The position numbers were made by a program, and so were the translations under genes. Positions 13,905-25,967 of a stretch of 64,000 bases of DNA are shown piece by piece. Every line of letters begins with the position of its first letter. Position 1 is the stretch's first letter. Source of the DNA: Octopus vulgaris (Eukaryota); the NCBI GenBank assembly GCA_951406725.2, contig OX597814.1, forward strand, positions 72,230,001 to 72,294,000. Reading direction: 5' to 3'. Under the pieces are notes generated by a model. That model was not told where the DNA came from, did not search any database, and saw only the letters and a list, made by a program, of their open reading frames with translations.

Positions 13905-14899
13905 GTAAGACACTGTTCTTTTATTTTTTCCTTCTTTTTTATAACCTCATAATAATTAAAGTTACAAAATGTTTGTTGCACTGAATGTTATTTAGTGAGC
14001 AAATTAGATAGTTAATGATGGACCACAGCAATGTATATTCATTTTGTTTTTTATCCTTTTTATATAGGATGTAATTGTGAAAAAAATGCAAATAACTCCA
14101 AAGCCTTAAGAGTGTGTCTGTGCCAGTGCTTAGCTCCAGATTTGTGATATTATGCAGATAAAAGATTGGACATTATCACATTTAGCATTCTTTGGTATAA
14201 TACCTACTACCATATCTGACTACTACGTAAATTGAGTTATGTAAAATTAAAATAGTTCAGGATTTGTAGTCCTGTATGCTTTACTCCACTTCTACATTTT
14301 AGGATGTATATAACTATTGGAATTTTTGAATTAGAAAGAATTTTTGTAAAACAACAGTTAATATTTCATAACTATTCTTTATGCTTATTATGATACCATT
14401 TAAATTTTTTTTATCAAAAAAGTAAGTTGGAAAAAAAACTTCATTATCATTTTACATGTTTCAGATGATTTGAGCTGAATGTCTCACAATGATCCTATCA
14501 CACATTATGGTTTACACCACCTTGTACATAAAGCAACAGAAATAACTAAGATTGTTATTATTTATGTGTTACAGTGGGACTAGGTACATTTTATCACACT
14601 ATTGGCATAAATATGTTCTAATTTTCATAGATGTCCTCTGATAATATAATAGTTTATTTCCACTTCTAAAATACCAAATAAGAGACAGGTTCAAATAAGA
14701 TGCTCAGTTTGTAATTCCTTCCTCATAGACAAGATATATTTATAATTGATTTTTTTTCCTGAATTTGTATAGAAGTTGTCTTTCTTTTTTGCAATTCATA
14801 ATTTGAACCAATGCATAATAATTTTCTTCATTCTCTGCTGTCATTTAAAAAAAATGATAAAACTGTGAGTGAAAATTTGTTTTTAAATTCAATTTGCAG

Positions 14900-14965
14900 G
14901 TTCTTTGCACAGTAATATCTCAACTTTTGAGTAAACCATCTATTGCTAATGATATGTGGAGACAG
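14900..14965 (+). CDS. NUP188: NUP188-like internal exon, phase 0-0
   Basis: tttgcAG / GTAGGT. Encodes VLCTVISQLLSKPSIANDMWRQ, similar to DIIDTACEVLADPSLPELFW. Confidence 0.85.
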
Positions 14966-15407
14966 GTAGGTGATTTTATGCTTTTATATGATAATTTTTT
15001 TTTAAAGTTTACCTTTCTTGTTTTTGTTCTTTAGTCTCAGGCCAGACTTGACTGAGAAAGCCTATGATCAAAAGTGATCCCATTTTTTCAAAGATATTAG
15101 GCTGTGATTTTAAGAAAATTTAGTTAATTTCTAGCTGGGCAAATAACCTTGTAGAAGTTCCCTTGTTGGCTTAATTTTGCTATTGAAATGTACTTGTCAT
15201 TTTTATGTTGTCTTCTATCTGTCTAACAATTACAGTGTATTTTATTTTTCGTAATATATTTTATGCAGATTATGTAGATTGTTGAGGCCTTTATATTGGT
15301 TGTTTGGAGCTTGTATTTTCTCCAATTAAACTGCTACAATATTATTATACAATATAAGGTTCTAAAATGTGAAGAAAATATATACCTATATTGCATATAG
15401 ATATGGT

Positions 15408-16190
15408 CATCATCATCATCATACATCCATTTTCCATGCTGGCATGGGTTGGACAGTTTGACTGAAAACTGGTTAGGTGGGGAGCAGCACCAGATTTCAA
15501 TCTGATTTGGCATGGTTTCTACTGCTAGATGCCCTTCCTAGTGCTAACCACTCCAAGAGAGTAGTAGGTGCCTTTTACATGCCACTGGCATGGGTACCAG
15601 TTACGAAACAGTGGTATCATTTACAACTATAATCTCACTTGGTTTGACAAGTCTTCTCAATCACGGTGTATTGCCAAAGGTCTCAGTCACTGTCACTGCC
15701 TCAGTGAGGCCCTAAATTCAAAGGGTGATTTTTACGTGCCACCAGCATGGGTGCCTGGTACACAATACTGGCATCAGCCATGACTACAATTTCACTTGGC
15801 TCATTGGGTCTTCTCAAGTACAGCATATCACCCAATGTTTGAAGAGTGTCTTTTATATGCTACTGGTCTTCTCAAGCACAGCATATCACCATCTTAAATT
15901 CCTCTGTTATTACCTGGAGGACTATGAAGAACAAGAGGGGGCTGAGGATTGATCCTCAGTGAATGCCTACTTGTACCCTGAATTCCTCACTATACTCATT
16001 GCTAACCTACACCTAACTGACGGTTTCCCCACACATGGTTTGTACAGCTCTCACCAACCACTTATTTATCCCTAGCTTCCACATTGACCACCAGATAAGG
16101 GAACAAGGGACTCAGTCAAAGGCTTTCTCCATCTCAAAAGCCAGGTACAGGGGTTTATTTTTGGCTAGATATTTCACCTGCAGTTGCCTA
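15408..16190 (-). mobile_element. RTE LINE-derived fragments ((CAT)n tail, repeated 3' UTR units, RT piece)
   Basis: Reverse RTE tail at 15408-15460 and internal direct repeats at ~15570/15730. RT remnant VSNEYSEEFRVQVGIH at ~15960-16190. Confidence 0.65.
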
Positions 16191-16519
16191 AGCAGGCAAT
16201 TTCATATAGAAATTTTAATATTACCTAATCAGGCTAGATGATGGAAACCATGCTCAATATTATAAACAAGTTTTAAATAGACTGTGAACAGAAGAAATCT
16301 TGCAGCAAAATCAGCATACTGAATGACTTTAGTTCAGTAACATATAGTTAATGTATGTGTACACTTGAACTTGAGAAGATCTTTTACTGAGGAAATAGTC
16401 TGGAGAGAAATTTATCCTCTATGGCAACATGTATGAATAATGTCATCAGATTGCAGGACACATGCATTTCTACATTGTTAAGCATCATCAACCACAAAAT
16501 TCATAGCCCTGATAGGGCT

Positions 16520-16850
16520 GTGAACAATGGCTGGGCATTCCATCAATTACAATGACAACTATTCCAGTTGATTTGAACAATGGAACAGCCTGCTCATGGA
16601 ATTAATAGGCAAGTGACTGAGCACTCCACAAAAATGTATACAAATATCTCTGAAAGATTCAGCATGATATGTCTAATGTGACAAGGTTGGCCTATTTAAC
16701 TATCAGTACAACTCATTTTTGCCAGTTGAGTGAACTGGAGCAAAGTGAAATAAAATGTCTCACTCAAGGGCACAATATGCCACCAGGAATTGAACTCATG
16801 GCCATACAATTGTAAGCCAAATACATTAACCACTAAGCCACATGCCTTCA
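16520..16850 (-). mobile_element. tRNA-derived SINE (degenerate)
   Basis: Minus-strand head tgaaggcatgtggcttagtggtta...gagttcaattcc has A/B-box-like motifs. A related copy is at 58075-58268. Confidence 0.6.
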
Positions 16851-16974
16851 CAGCTGGGAACAATATATCTCTGATATATAAGAAGTGCAAACAATAAATT
16901 TGCTGGTGTGGGCAGGCTGGAATTAATTAGAGTCACATAAAACAGTTCTGGATGAAATATATTTATAGACTTTA

Positions 16975-18077
16975 TGAGGGGCGTTCAATAAGTAATGCCC
17001 CTGACCCACTTCCCATAGCAGTAGAGCAACGAAACTTGGCACAGTTATTAGTCTTTTTCTACATAGACCAGAGTTACGCATTTCTCCCATTGTTTGATGC
17101 AGCTCTGGAGACCGTTTTTGTAGAAGACCCCAGCTTGGTCCTCCAACCTGAACGTGACTTCAGAAATCAAGGCTGCATCATCTGGGAAACGCTTTCCTTT
17201 CAAAAACAACTTCATGACTGGGAAGAGGTGAAAATCAGAGGGTGCAAGGTCAGGAAAGTAGGGGGATGGGGGAGGAGTTCATCGCCATCACTACTCCGTC
17301 CTGGTCCCAGAAGACTGTGAGCATGACCTTGCCAGCGGAGGGCTGCCCCCTTGCCTTCTTTGGAGGGGGTGAGTCACAGTGCTTCCACATCATTGACTGG
17401 GCTTTGGTCTCTGGATCATTGTGATGGACCCAGGTTTCATCCTGTGTAATCAGTCTTTTGAAAAATTTTGACTCATCTTCTTGGCACATCTCCAAATTCA
17501 CCCTCGAGCACTCAACGCGTTCTTGCTTCTGGAAAGGCGTGAGCAACCTGGGAATCCATCTGGCAGACACCTTTTGCATATGCAAATGGTCATGAATGAT
17601 AGTTTCCACAGACCCGGTACTAATCTTGACCTCATGGGCTATTTGGCGAATAATTATGCGTCGATCTTCCAAAATGGCAGCCTCAACTTGACGGACAGAT
17701 GCCTCATCAATGGCAGAAGGGGCGACCAGATCTGGGAGCTGTTTCCACAGAGTTCCGACCATGTTTGAATTCACGATGCCAGCGTTTTACAAGGTCATAT
17801 GATGGGGCATCATCACCATAAGTTACTTTCATTTCATCAAAAGTCTCCCGTGGTGTGCGTCCTTTCAAATACAAAAACCGGATCACTGCTCGACACTCAA
17901 CAGGCTCCATTTCACACTTGACTCGGTTCAAACACCTGTAAATCAGAAACCACAATTAATTCAGAGCTGTAATTTTCCACTTACTCTATAGAGATATAAA
18001 TGATTGCACATGCAAAATTTCAGCTAGATCAAACAACTTCAAGTGGGTCAGAGGCATTACTTATTGAACGTCCCTCG
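16975..18077 (-). mobile_element. Mariner element, frameshifted and internally deleted
   Basis: ~37-bp TIRs (gaggggcgttcaataagtaatgcccctgacccactt) flanked by TA. Transposase MEPVECRAVIRFLYLKG...WIPRLL...ITQDETWVHH...FWDQDG; the segment carrying the second catalytic D is deleted before LPHPP...DLAPSDF. Confidence 0.95.
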
Positions 18078-20310
18078 TATATATATATTTATTCATTTGT
18101 TCATTTTTATATCTGTTTTTCCATGCTAGCATGGATTAAATGGATAGTTTATTGTGGCATTATTTTCAGCTGGATGTCAGTCCTATCACAAAATCTTATC
18201 TATTTTTCAAGTAAGGGATCTCCAGTTTCACTCACAACTTTGGAGGCTTGCAAGCAGTTGATTTGTTGATAGAAGTGAAAACATGACCACTTTTTGGTTG
18301 TAACATATATGGAAGTGAGTGCTAATGTAAAGCAATCTCAAACATGTACATGGACACACACACACACATATGCATATATATGTGTGTGTGTGTGATTGTG
18401 TGTGTATACTCATATACATCTTTTTGACATCTGCTTTTACCCTACTGGCAAGTTTAGATAAGTCATCTTGGAGCAGTATTCTATTGCTGGATGCTCTTCT
18501 TGATGCCAACTCTGAATTATTTTCAAGTAAAGTACTTTATTCCACTGATCTTTACATGTTGGGTCACTAAGCTGCAGGACAAATTGTTTGTGTGGGATAA
18601 AAACAGATGTCAGTGCTACTCACATGGTATGTATATGAAGACACACTGAAAAGCACACACACACAAATACTTGTGTGTGTACATATACAATGTGGTCTTT
18701 CATAGAGTTTATGTCCTGTTAGATTTCTCTCACAATGTACAGGTCAACCTAAGACTATAGTGAAAGTCACTTGCCCCAATGTGCCAGGACAGAAAAGGGC
18801 CACTATATAACATAGTCAAAATACTAGATTGTGAAAAACAGAGTGAGATAAGACTATTGAAGAAATCATCATAGCATAAAGATGAGTGTCATATGGGAAC
18901 CTTTAATGAAATTACAACAGTAAACCACATAACCATATATAAATTATTATTTTTTAATTCATTAGTTTAATCTAGTTTTGATGTGTATTAAGAGCTATCT
19001 CTGATGTTGTTACACTAAAGAATTTTCATAAGCATTTCATCTTGGGGTTATTTTCCTTAGTTGCTCCTTTGCTCGTAAACTGTTGTGTTTATTATGCTGT
19101 TGTTGGTGGACTTTCTTTTATTATACTATTGCAATTACCACCAGTGTTGTGTTCTCATCGCTTTGTTGTTTTACTGATTATATTTTTTGCTTTCATTGTT
19201 GTAATTGTAATTTCTTTTCCTTGTTTGTCGTGTCAAACATTTTGTTTCCATAATTGCTATTTTTATGATCTTGTTTAGATGATATGTGATGTGTGTCAAA
19301 TATTGAAACATGTTCTTCTTTAACATTCCTTTTATTTATTTTTTCCTCACTTTCAATCATTATTTGTATTCATTACTTGACATGTCATCATTCGAAGACA
19401 TAGGTTAAGAGAAACTATAATCAGAATGTTACAGATTACATATGCAAGAAACAAGGCAGAAAAAACTAGCATATCCAATAAAGTACATACAATGTCATCT
19501 GATAAGATTATCATGGAGACAATATTCTATGAAAAACGTGAGCAATGCCTGTAATAACAATTTTTTTATATTTTGTAAAGATTTTGCTACCTTTCTGCTT
19601 CGGTTATTACTAGGATTGCAATTACCTTCATCTTTCAAAGTTTTAGTTTTTTTATTCCCAAGTTCTTACCTCAGCTAATTTATCAAATGACAGTGATATT
19701 ATTGACATTGTCATAGCTATTATTATGAGTAGTACTAATAGTAGTAGTTATAATAGTATGATTTTAGATGGTAGAATCAATAGAGTTACATAGAAAGTGC
19801 CTTGCAGTATTTAGTCAAGTCTTTTATGTTCTGTCTTTCATACTTCCAAGATCAATAACTACTAGAATTGTTGTTATCAACTACACCCATCCCCAACAAC
19901 ATTTGTGACCTAAGAAATTACAGGGTTATTTCAACCCTTTTGTATATTTTTGGTGTTGTTTTTTTCTTATAGGCTTTTTTTTCTCAAATAAATGGTTCTC
20001 TGTAAACTCCTTCCATTTTTGAAATTTGTCCTTGTATCCTCTCATGCATTGCCCTTGTAGCAAATAAATGAAATCGTTATTATTGTTTCCTAGCATTGCA
20101 TGTGGCCAATAAAGAAAGGATTATCACCAGACCCACCATTTGCTTCATGTGCATACAATATCATTCATATTTTACAATTAATGTGTTTTGTATGTATTTA
20201 TGTATAGATAGTTTTATTATAATTCTAGTATTGATGATGTGTAGGAACACTGTATTTTGTTATGCAACCATAATATACTACAAAGTATATTAAACACTTT
20301 TATAAGTCAA

Positions 20311-23300
20311 CTAGCAGAATTGCCCGGCATTGCTTGGGGCTGAATTGCTTGAAAGTACTGTTAATGATTGCACTGAATTATGATGATTATTCAGGCAAAT
20401 ATAGATATAAGTTTACGGCGAATAAATGTATTTGTAAGTGTATAGAAAGCCGTGTAAAGGGGTTCCTACCCCCTCGTAGAATGGTGTAAGAATTGAATGC
20501 GAGGTTGCCTTGAAAAGAGCCATGTTATTGTTCTCATAATTGTAAGAATTTTATATTCGTGGAAGGCAATGTAAAACGTTCGCAGGTGAATAGGGTCTCT
20601 TCGTTTTGCACGAACGGCAGCGGATGTGCTGTTACAAAACTTCATGCTGTGTTAAAGGAGAGTGGATTTCCTATGTAGGCAAGAGACAAGCCCAGAAACC
20701 TGCCCTTTTTTAATTAAATGAATGAGGTTAGCCAGTTTCTGCCTGAAAACCCTTGCAATAATATCATGGCGATGACAGTACTGCTGCCCTGGGAGAAGTT
20801 CTCGCGTTACCTCAACCCACTTTGGGTTACATGTAAAGGTAATGAATAAATCGGGTCGCCCATAATGCCGAACGTAAGTCATAGCGTCTTGTGTTCGCTT
20901 GTGCATGTACCGTGGGCCCCCTGTATAGGTTGAGGGGAGAATGCACATTTTGCCGATATTGCGAGCGTCAGTGTCATTCCTGATGCCATCACGCAAATGG
21001 ATGTAGGAGTCTGAGCGCAGCTGCTTCTGATTCAATTTGATGAAGCACAGTCTCTCGGACTCCATCTTTGCAGCCATGTCAACTGCAAATTGGTGAAACA
21101 GTTCCCATGATCTGTGCAGGGGGTTGAAATCATTATGCCTTGTCATGAAGCAGTATGAGTAAAAAGCCATACATGAAACGGTTTTAGATGTCGCAGTCGA
21201 GGGCTCGTTTGGTTTGTGGTGAGGAATGCCGAAATGGTACCCGTCTTCTCCATACGGAAAAAGAAGGGGATACTGCAGGGCGTCATATGACCGATGCATC
21301 TCATTAATACGCTGAAGACCACTGTCGCGGTTTTGAAGAACTATGTCTCGCTGCTTGTGCTGTTCACCATGGAGAACTATGGCCACTTTATTGCACGAAG
21401 GAGCGTTATATCGGCACGCGTGCTCCCCAGAAGGCTTTTTGTGAGCATCGATGACAATGGTGAATGTTGGTGATGGGGCTGTTTTCAAGGCGTATTTGAA
21501 ACTGCGAATATAGCTGTTGTAGTCATGAAGCATGTTTTGCAGAGTGAGCAGCACATCCCTGGCAAAATTGTCAGTGTCAGTGTTTGCAGGTTGTGGAATT
21601 ACGTCGAAACGCAAATCAAGTTGCCTATTGTAATTTGTAATGAAATAAATTTGAAGGAACGAAGGTTTGCAATTTTGTAGTGGCTGGAGTGACCCAATAA
21701 GGTGGTACACCTGGCCCTGGACCTTGAAAGTAGGCATCCAACCAGTTTCTCTGACAACGTTAGCCTCGAAAGAAGTCATCTGAAATGCACAATTGTACTT
21801 CCTGATGAGTTGAAGGAATTTTGATTACCTTGAGGTGGAACCAGTAAGTAATTCCTTCAAAGGGTCTGGCAGCTCCCGAAGAGGGGGCAAGCTGACCTTA
21901 CCGTTTAAGCAGCACATCGCAGCCCAGTTTTTAGCATTGCATAATTGGCAATTGAAGCACATTTCCCCAATATTTATGTCAGCGTGCATCGAGTAATTGA
22001 AGTTGGGCTCATACTTGAAAGCACGTAGATGCCAGTAAGGGCTGTTTGAACTCGTCAGACCGCGGCGTCGACTGTTCCGCTGGAATGTAGAACGTTGCTG
22101 GTCTGAGTCGTGGGAATGTGTCGAAAATGTTGAAGCAGCAGTAGCCGCAGCATTTGTAGCCAGTGGAGTGGCCCTTTGTTGTGGGTCCTCTGAAGCCCTT
22201 TGTGCAGCAACAGCAGAAGCCTTTATGGCGCTGCGCTTCGACCTTGTTTCCGGACCGTCTGAAGCCGTGGAAGCAGCATCGTATGAAGCCATTTATGTTA
22301 GGCGTGCGTTGCGCTGTTGTAAATTTTCAGCAGCTCGTGATTGCGCTGAACGTAAGGCGCTCTGTGAAAGTCTGAAAGCCTTTTTGTCGGAAGACTCGTT
22401 TGCGATAATCGCCTTTTGCGCCGCTGCTGCTGCAGTATGGTGGCCGAGGCGACTTCTCTTTTTCGGTGGCATTTTATGTGAAAAAGAAAGGGTGAAAGTT
22501 ACTTAAAGATAGAAATTGTAATGTGAATGAAATGTGGAAAAATGTAAACCGTGGAAGGAAAAGAAAGAAATATTAGCAGCTGAAGAAATTTTTTATGCAA
22601 GTATTGCGACAGAGTGTGTAAAATGTATTGAAATTTGAGTTAAAAGCAAGAAAATAAAGTTAGATTTGCAAGAATGGAAGTAGTTTACGTACATGTTCGA
22701 AATGTGAAGTTTTAGTTGTTTAATCAAATATTTGCGTAAAGTGTATAGAAACGTAAATTGAAAAAGAAAATGAATTGAAATTTTTAAGAAAGGAATTTGT
22801 TTACATACATGTGTCAAATGGCAAATGTTTGTGCAGTTGTCCGAAATGGAACCAGGGTAAATGTGTGGAACTGATGTATTATAATGAATAGTCCTTCTTG
22901 AATTGAAAACCAGTGGTGTAGCATATAAGACCATAGGGGATCTTCTTCTTGCAAAAAGGGATGACCAGTCTGAATGGCTCATCCCTGTCACACACACACA
23001 CACACACACATGCGCACACACACACACACACACGTTAGCTTACAGTTTCTTTCAACAATTGACACTGTCGTATATATTTGCGTGTGTATGTGTGTAAAGA
23101 GGAAGTGGGAGTAATAGGCAGAGTAAAGGCTTTGAAGTGAAAGAGTGAAATGTTAAAATATTGAGTTTTCTCAAATTTTTTCTTATTTGGGAGTGAAATT
23201 GAAAGAAATTTTGTATGGCATGACCGAATGGAAGTACTTGGAAAAATCATAGGTAAACTCTAATTGAAGAAATTGTGTGAGGAGTAAATCGTTATGTATT

Positions 23301-23712
23301 TATTTGTTTCTGTTTGTTTTTTGTTTTTTTTTTGAGTAGTGGTTTAAGGTACACTTGCAAAGAGAAAGTAGGAGAAATTAGGGTGATAGCATGAGTGAAG
23401 CAGTTCATCCCTGTTATATAAAAAGTTTCACTTTAATTGTTGCACACTTGCAAAGAGAAAGTAGCAGAAGTGTGGTGGTAATGGTATGAGTGAAGGAGTT
23501 AAAATGAAAGAGGAAAATCTAAAAATATAGAGTTTTCTCGAATTTTTGCTTAATTGGGGTTGAAATAGGAAAAACTGTACCTGCCACGACCCGATGTATT
23601 CTACTCGTAAAAATGATAGGTAAATTCTAATTGAAGAAATTCTATATTGTAGATTTGTATAATAAACAAACGGTTTGGGAGGCAGATAAAATCTGCCTTT
23701 TATAATAAGAGA
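20311..23712 (-). mobile_element. Helitron, non-autonomous (Rep N-terminal part only, helicase deleted)
   Basis: Minus strand: 5' A|TCTCTTATTATAAAAGGCAG, 3' imperfect hairpin CCCAAGC-AAT-GCCGGG followed by CTAG|T. No TSD. Confidence 0.92.
20652..22472 (-). pseudogene. Helitron RepHel 5' portion (Zn finger + Helitron_like_N), truncated
   Basis: One frame from ATG 22472 with two in-frame TAA (22293-95, 21825-27). Motifs CQLCNA..CCLNGKV, FKVQGQVYHLIGSL, SYDALQYPLLFPYGEDG, LPSTYTGGPRYM and GRPDLFITFTCNPKW. Ends before the HUH motif and PIF1 helicase. Confidence 0.92.
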
Positions 23713-24739
23713 TATTATGTTCTTCTGTGTTAGCAGTGCTATTACATCACTTGTTAAGGTTATCTCTACAGATTTTGCATAGAAATTATAGCCAGCACTG
23801 ATTTTTTTTTTCATATCCAAGATGCCAGATATAAACAAAAACGAGATCAAAGATGAAATATGCCATAGTATAGGGGATGATTTAGTAGATACATATTAAT
23901 TTGGTATGTCATTTGTGTTATAGTACTGGAAAATTATTGGGAAGAAAGTACATTATATGAATTGTACTATCAAATTGAAAAGTCTTGTGTTGGCTGTGCT
24001 GAGCTTTGAAGTTGTAGTCCAATCATGGTTTTCTTAATTTTTTTTTTATGATTTTTCTTTATCATACTCAGTACCTCAATTATGATTATTTAGATTTTCA
24101 TTCATATTCTTTTTATAATGGTCTGCTTTGATTTCCTTGTCAGTCTGATTAGCCATTGTCACAAATTAGTTTTATACATGTTTATACAACCTATTCTTGA
24201 TTAGTTTTTATTTATTTTTATTTTGACGTGTCATCATATTGTATAGTAAACACAGTTTCCTACTCTGGTCATGTTTGTCAATATATTTCAAACTTCAAAA
24301 GGATTTAACAGCTAGAAATGATGTGGTCAGTTTTATCTTTGTGTTGATTGCATAGAATGAAGCTGATGTTGGTGTCTTTCATTATTTTATTAGTGTAGTT
24401 ATTTTATGGCCAGTTTGTTGTAGTTTTTTGGTACACAGCTAAAATCAGATCTATTTCTACCTTTAATCCAGAGCTTTGGAATCATTGTTGACTTTCATGC
24501 TGATATATTTCCCTCCTGTTGAATCGTCACCATTTTCAGTAATTTTTGAAATTCTGTGTTTAATTTAATCTTCTATCTTTAGTTTTGTACTTTTTTTCTA
24601 CTTTCTAAAACTTTTTCTTCACTATAATTAGTTTCTAATTTGTACTTTATACACACACACAGAAGTTTGTTTTTATTTTTGGTTTATGTGCTTACCTTTA
24701 TGTAGTATGAGGAATGAAGTGCAATTCACTTACTCTTTG

Positions 24740-25967
24740 AGGATCTATTTCATCTCAATCACAAATTTTTAAATTAATTTTTTTAACTAAATAGTTTGAA
24801 ACTTCGAATACTGGTAGAATTTCTCACGTGGAACATGGTTTTCTTTGAACATTTTTGAGAAAATTTCCTATTTTAGAAGTTATTTCGTGTTTGGGTAATT
24901 TCAACCAATCAGGGATGTGTATTCGGTTGAAGAAAGCTACTGCTGTTTGTAATAGTATCGAAGAGGATCAACTTCCAGGTCATCTCTACTAAATGTCACC
25001 ATTCTGTTCGAAGAATCAACAGCATAGAGCAACGAATCCACAGCTAGCTTTTTGTTGTTGACATATGTGTAGTTTCAAAATGCCTTATTTTACAACTATG
25101 AAATGTATTGTTATTGTCATGATTTTATCTTACTATAATCAACAGCAAACACATTTCGTCAATATAAAAGTCTTTATTAAGGCGACGAGCTGGCAGAAAT
25201 GTTAGCACACTGGGCGAAATGCTTAGTGGTATTTTGTCTGCCGTTACATTCTGAGTTCAAATTCCGCCAAGGTTGACTTTGCCTTTCATCCTTTCGAGGT
25301 CGATTAAATAAATACCAGTTATGCACTAGGGTCAATGTAATCAACTTAATCCCTTTGTCTGTCCTTGTTTGTCTCCTCTATGTTTAGCCCCCTGTGGGCA
25401 ATAAAGAAATAAATATAAAAGTCTTCATTTGATTAAAAATAGCATTATTGAAACATGACGGTAAAACAAAACAAATAGCAGATTATACATTGGAAAATAC
25501 GGTAATTGTAGTGGCAGTGACAAGTTCGCTCGCTGGTTGCTAGTTGATAGTGTATAAGGAAGGGAAAGAGTAAGGAATGCATGGTGCTGACTAGAAAGGA
25601 AAAAAGGATAAAGGTGATGAATAGAGGGAGGGAAAGAGTAAGGAATGCACAGTGCTGACTAGAAAGGAAGGAAGGATAAAGGTGATGAATAGTACAGAGT
25701 GACATTTAATAGAGATGACCCGGAAGTTGTTCCTCTTCAATTACTATCACAAACAACAGAAGCTTTCTTCAACTGAATGCACATCATTGATTGGTTGAAA
25801 TTACCCAAATACAATAACACGGAATAACTTCTAAAATAGGAAATTTTCTCAAAAACATTCGGAGTAAACTGTGTTCTACATGAGAAATTCTACCTGTATT
25901 CAAAGTTTCAAACTGTTTATTTAAAAAAATTGATTAAAAAATCTGTAATTGAGATGGAATAGATCCC
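24740..25967. mobile_element. Non-autonomous long-TIR DNA transposon (MITE/foldback), 6-bp TSD
   Basis: ~260-bp imperfect inverted arms (24740-24999 / 25699-25967), termini (A/G)GGATCT...AGATCCC, TCTTTG on both flanks. Contains a 68-bp tandem duplication at 25561-25692. Confidence 0.85.
25175..25411 (+). mobile_element. tRNA-derived SINE, full length, nested in the MITE
   Basis: Head aaggcgacgagctggcagaaa...gagttcaaattcc (B box), tail gggcaataaagaaat, 14-bp TSD AATATAAAAGTCTT (25161-74 / 25412-25). Confidence 0.88.

Noticed and set aside
21801-21830. CTGATGA as a hammerhead core
   Set aside because: Lies within the Helitron coding frame, with no stem II/GAAA arrangement.
22163-22506. Plus-strand Ala-rich ORFs
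   Set aside because: Antisense shadows of the Helitron Rep ORF.
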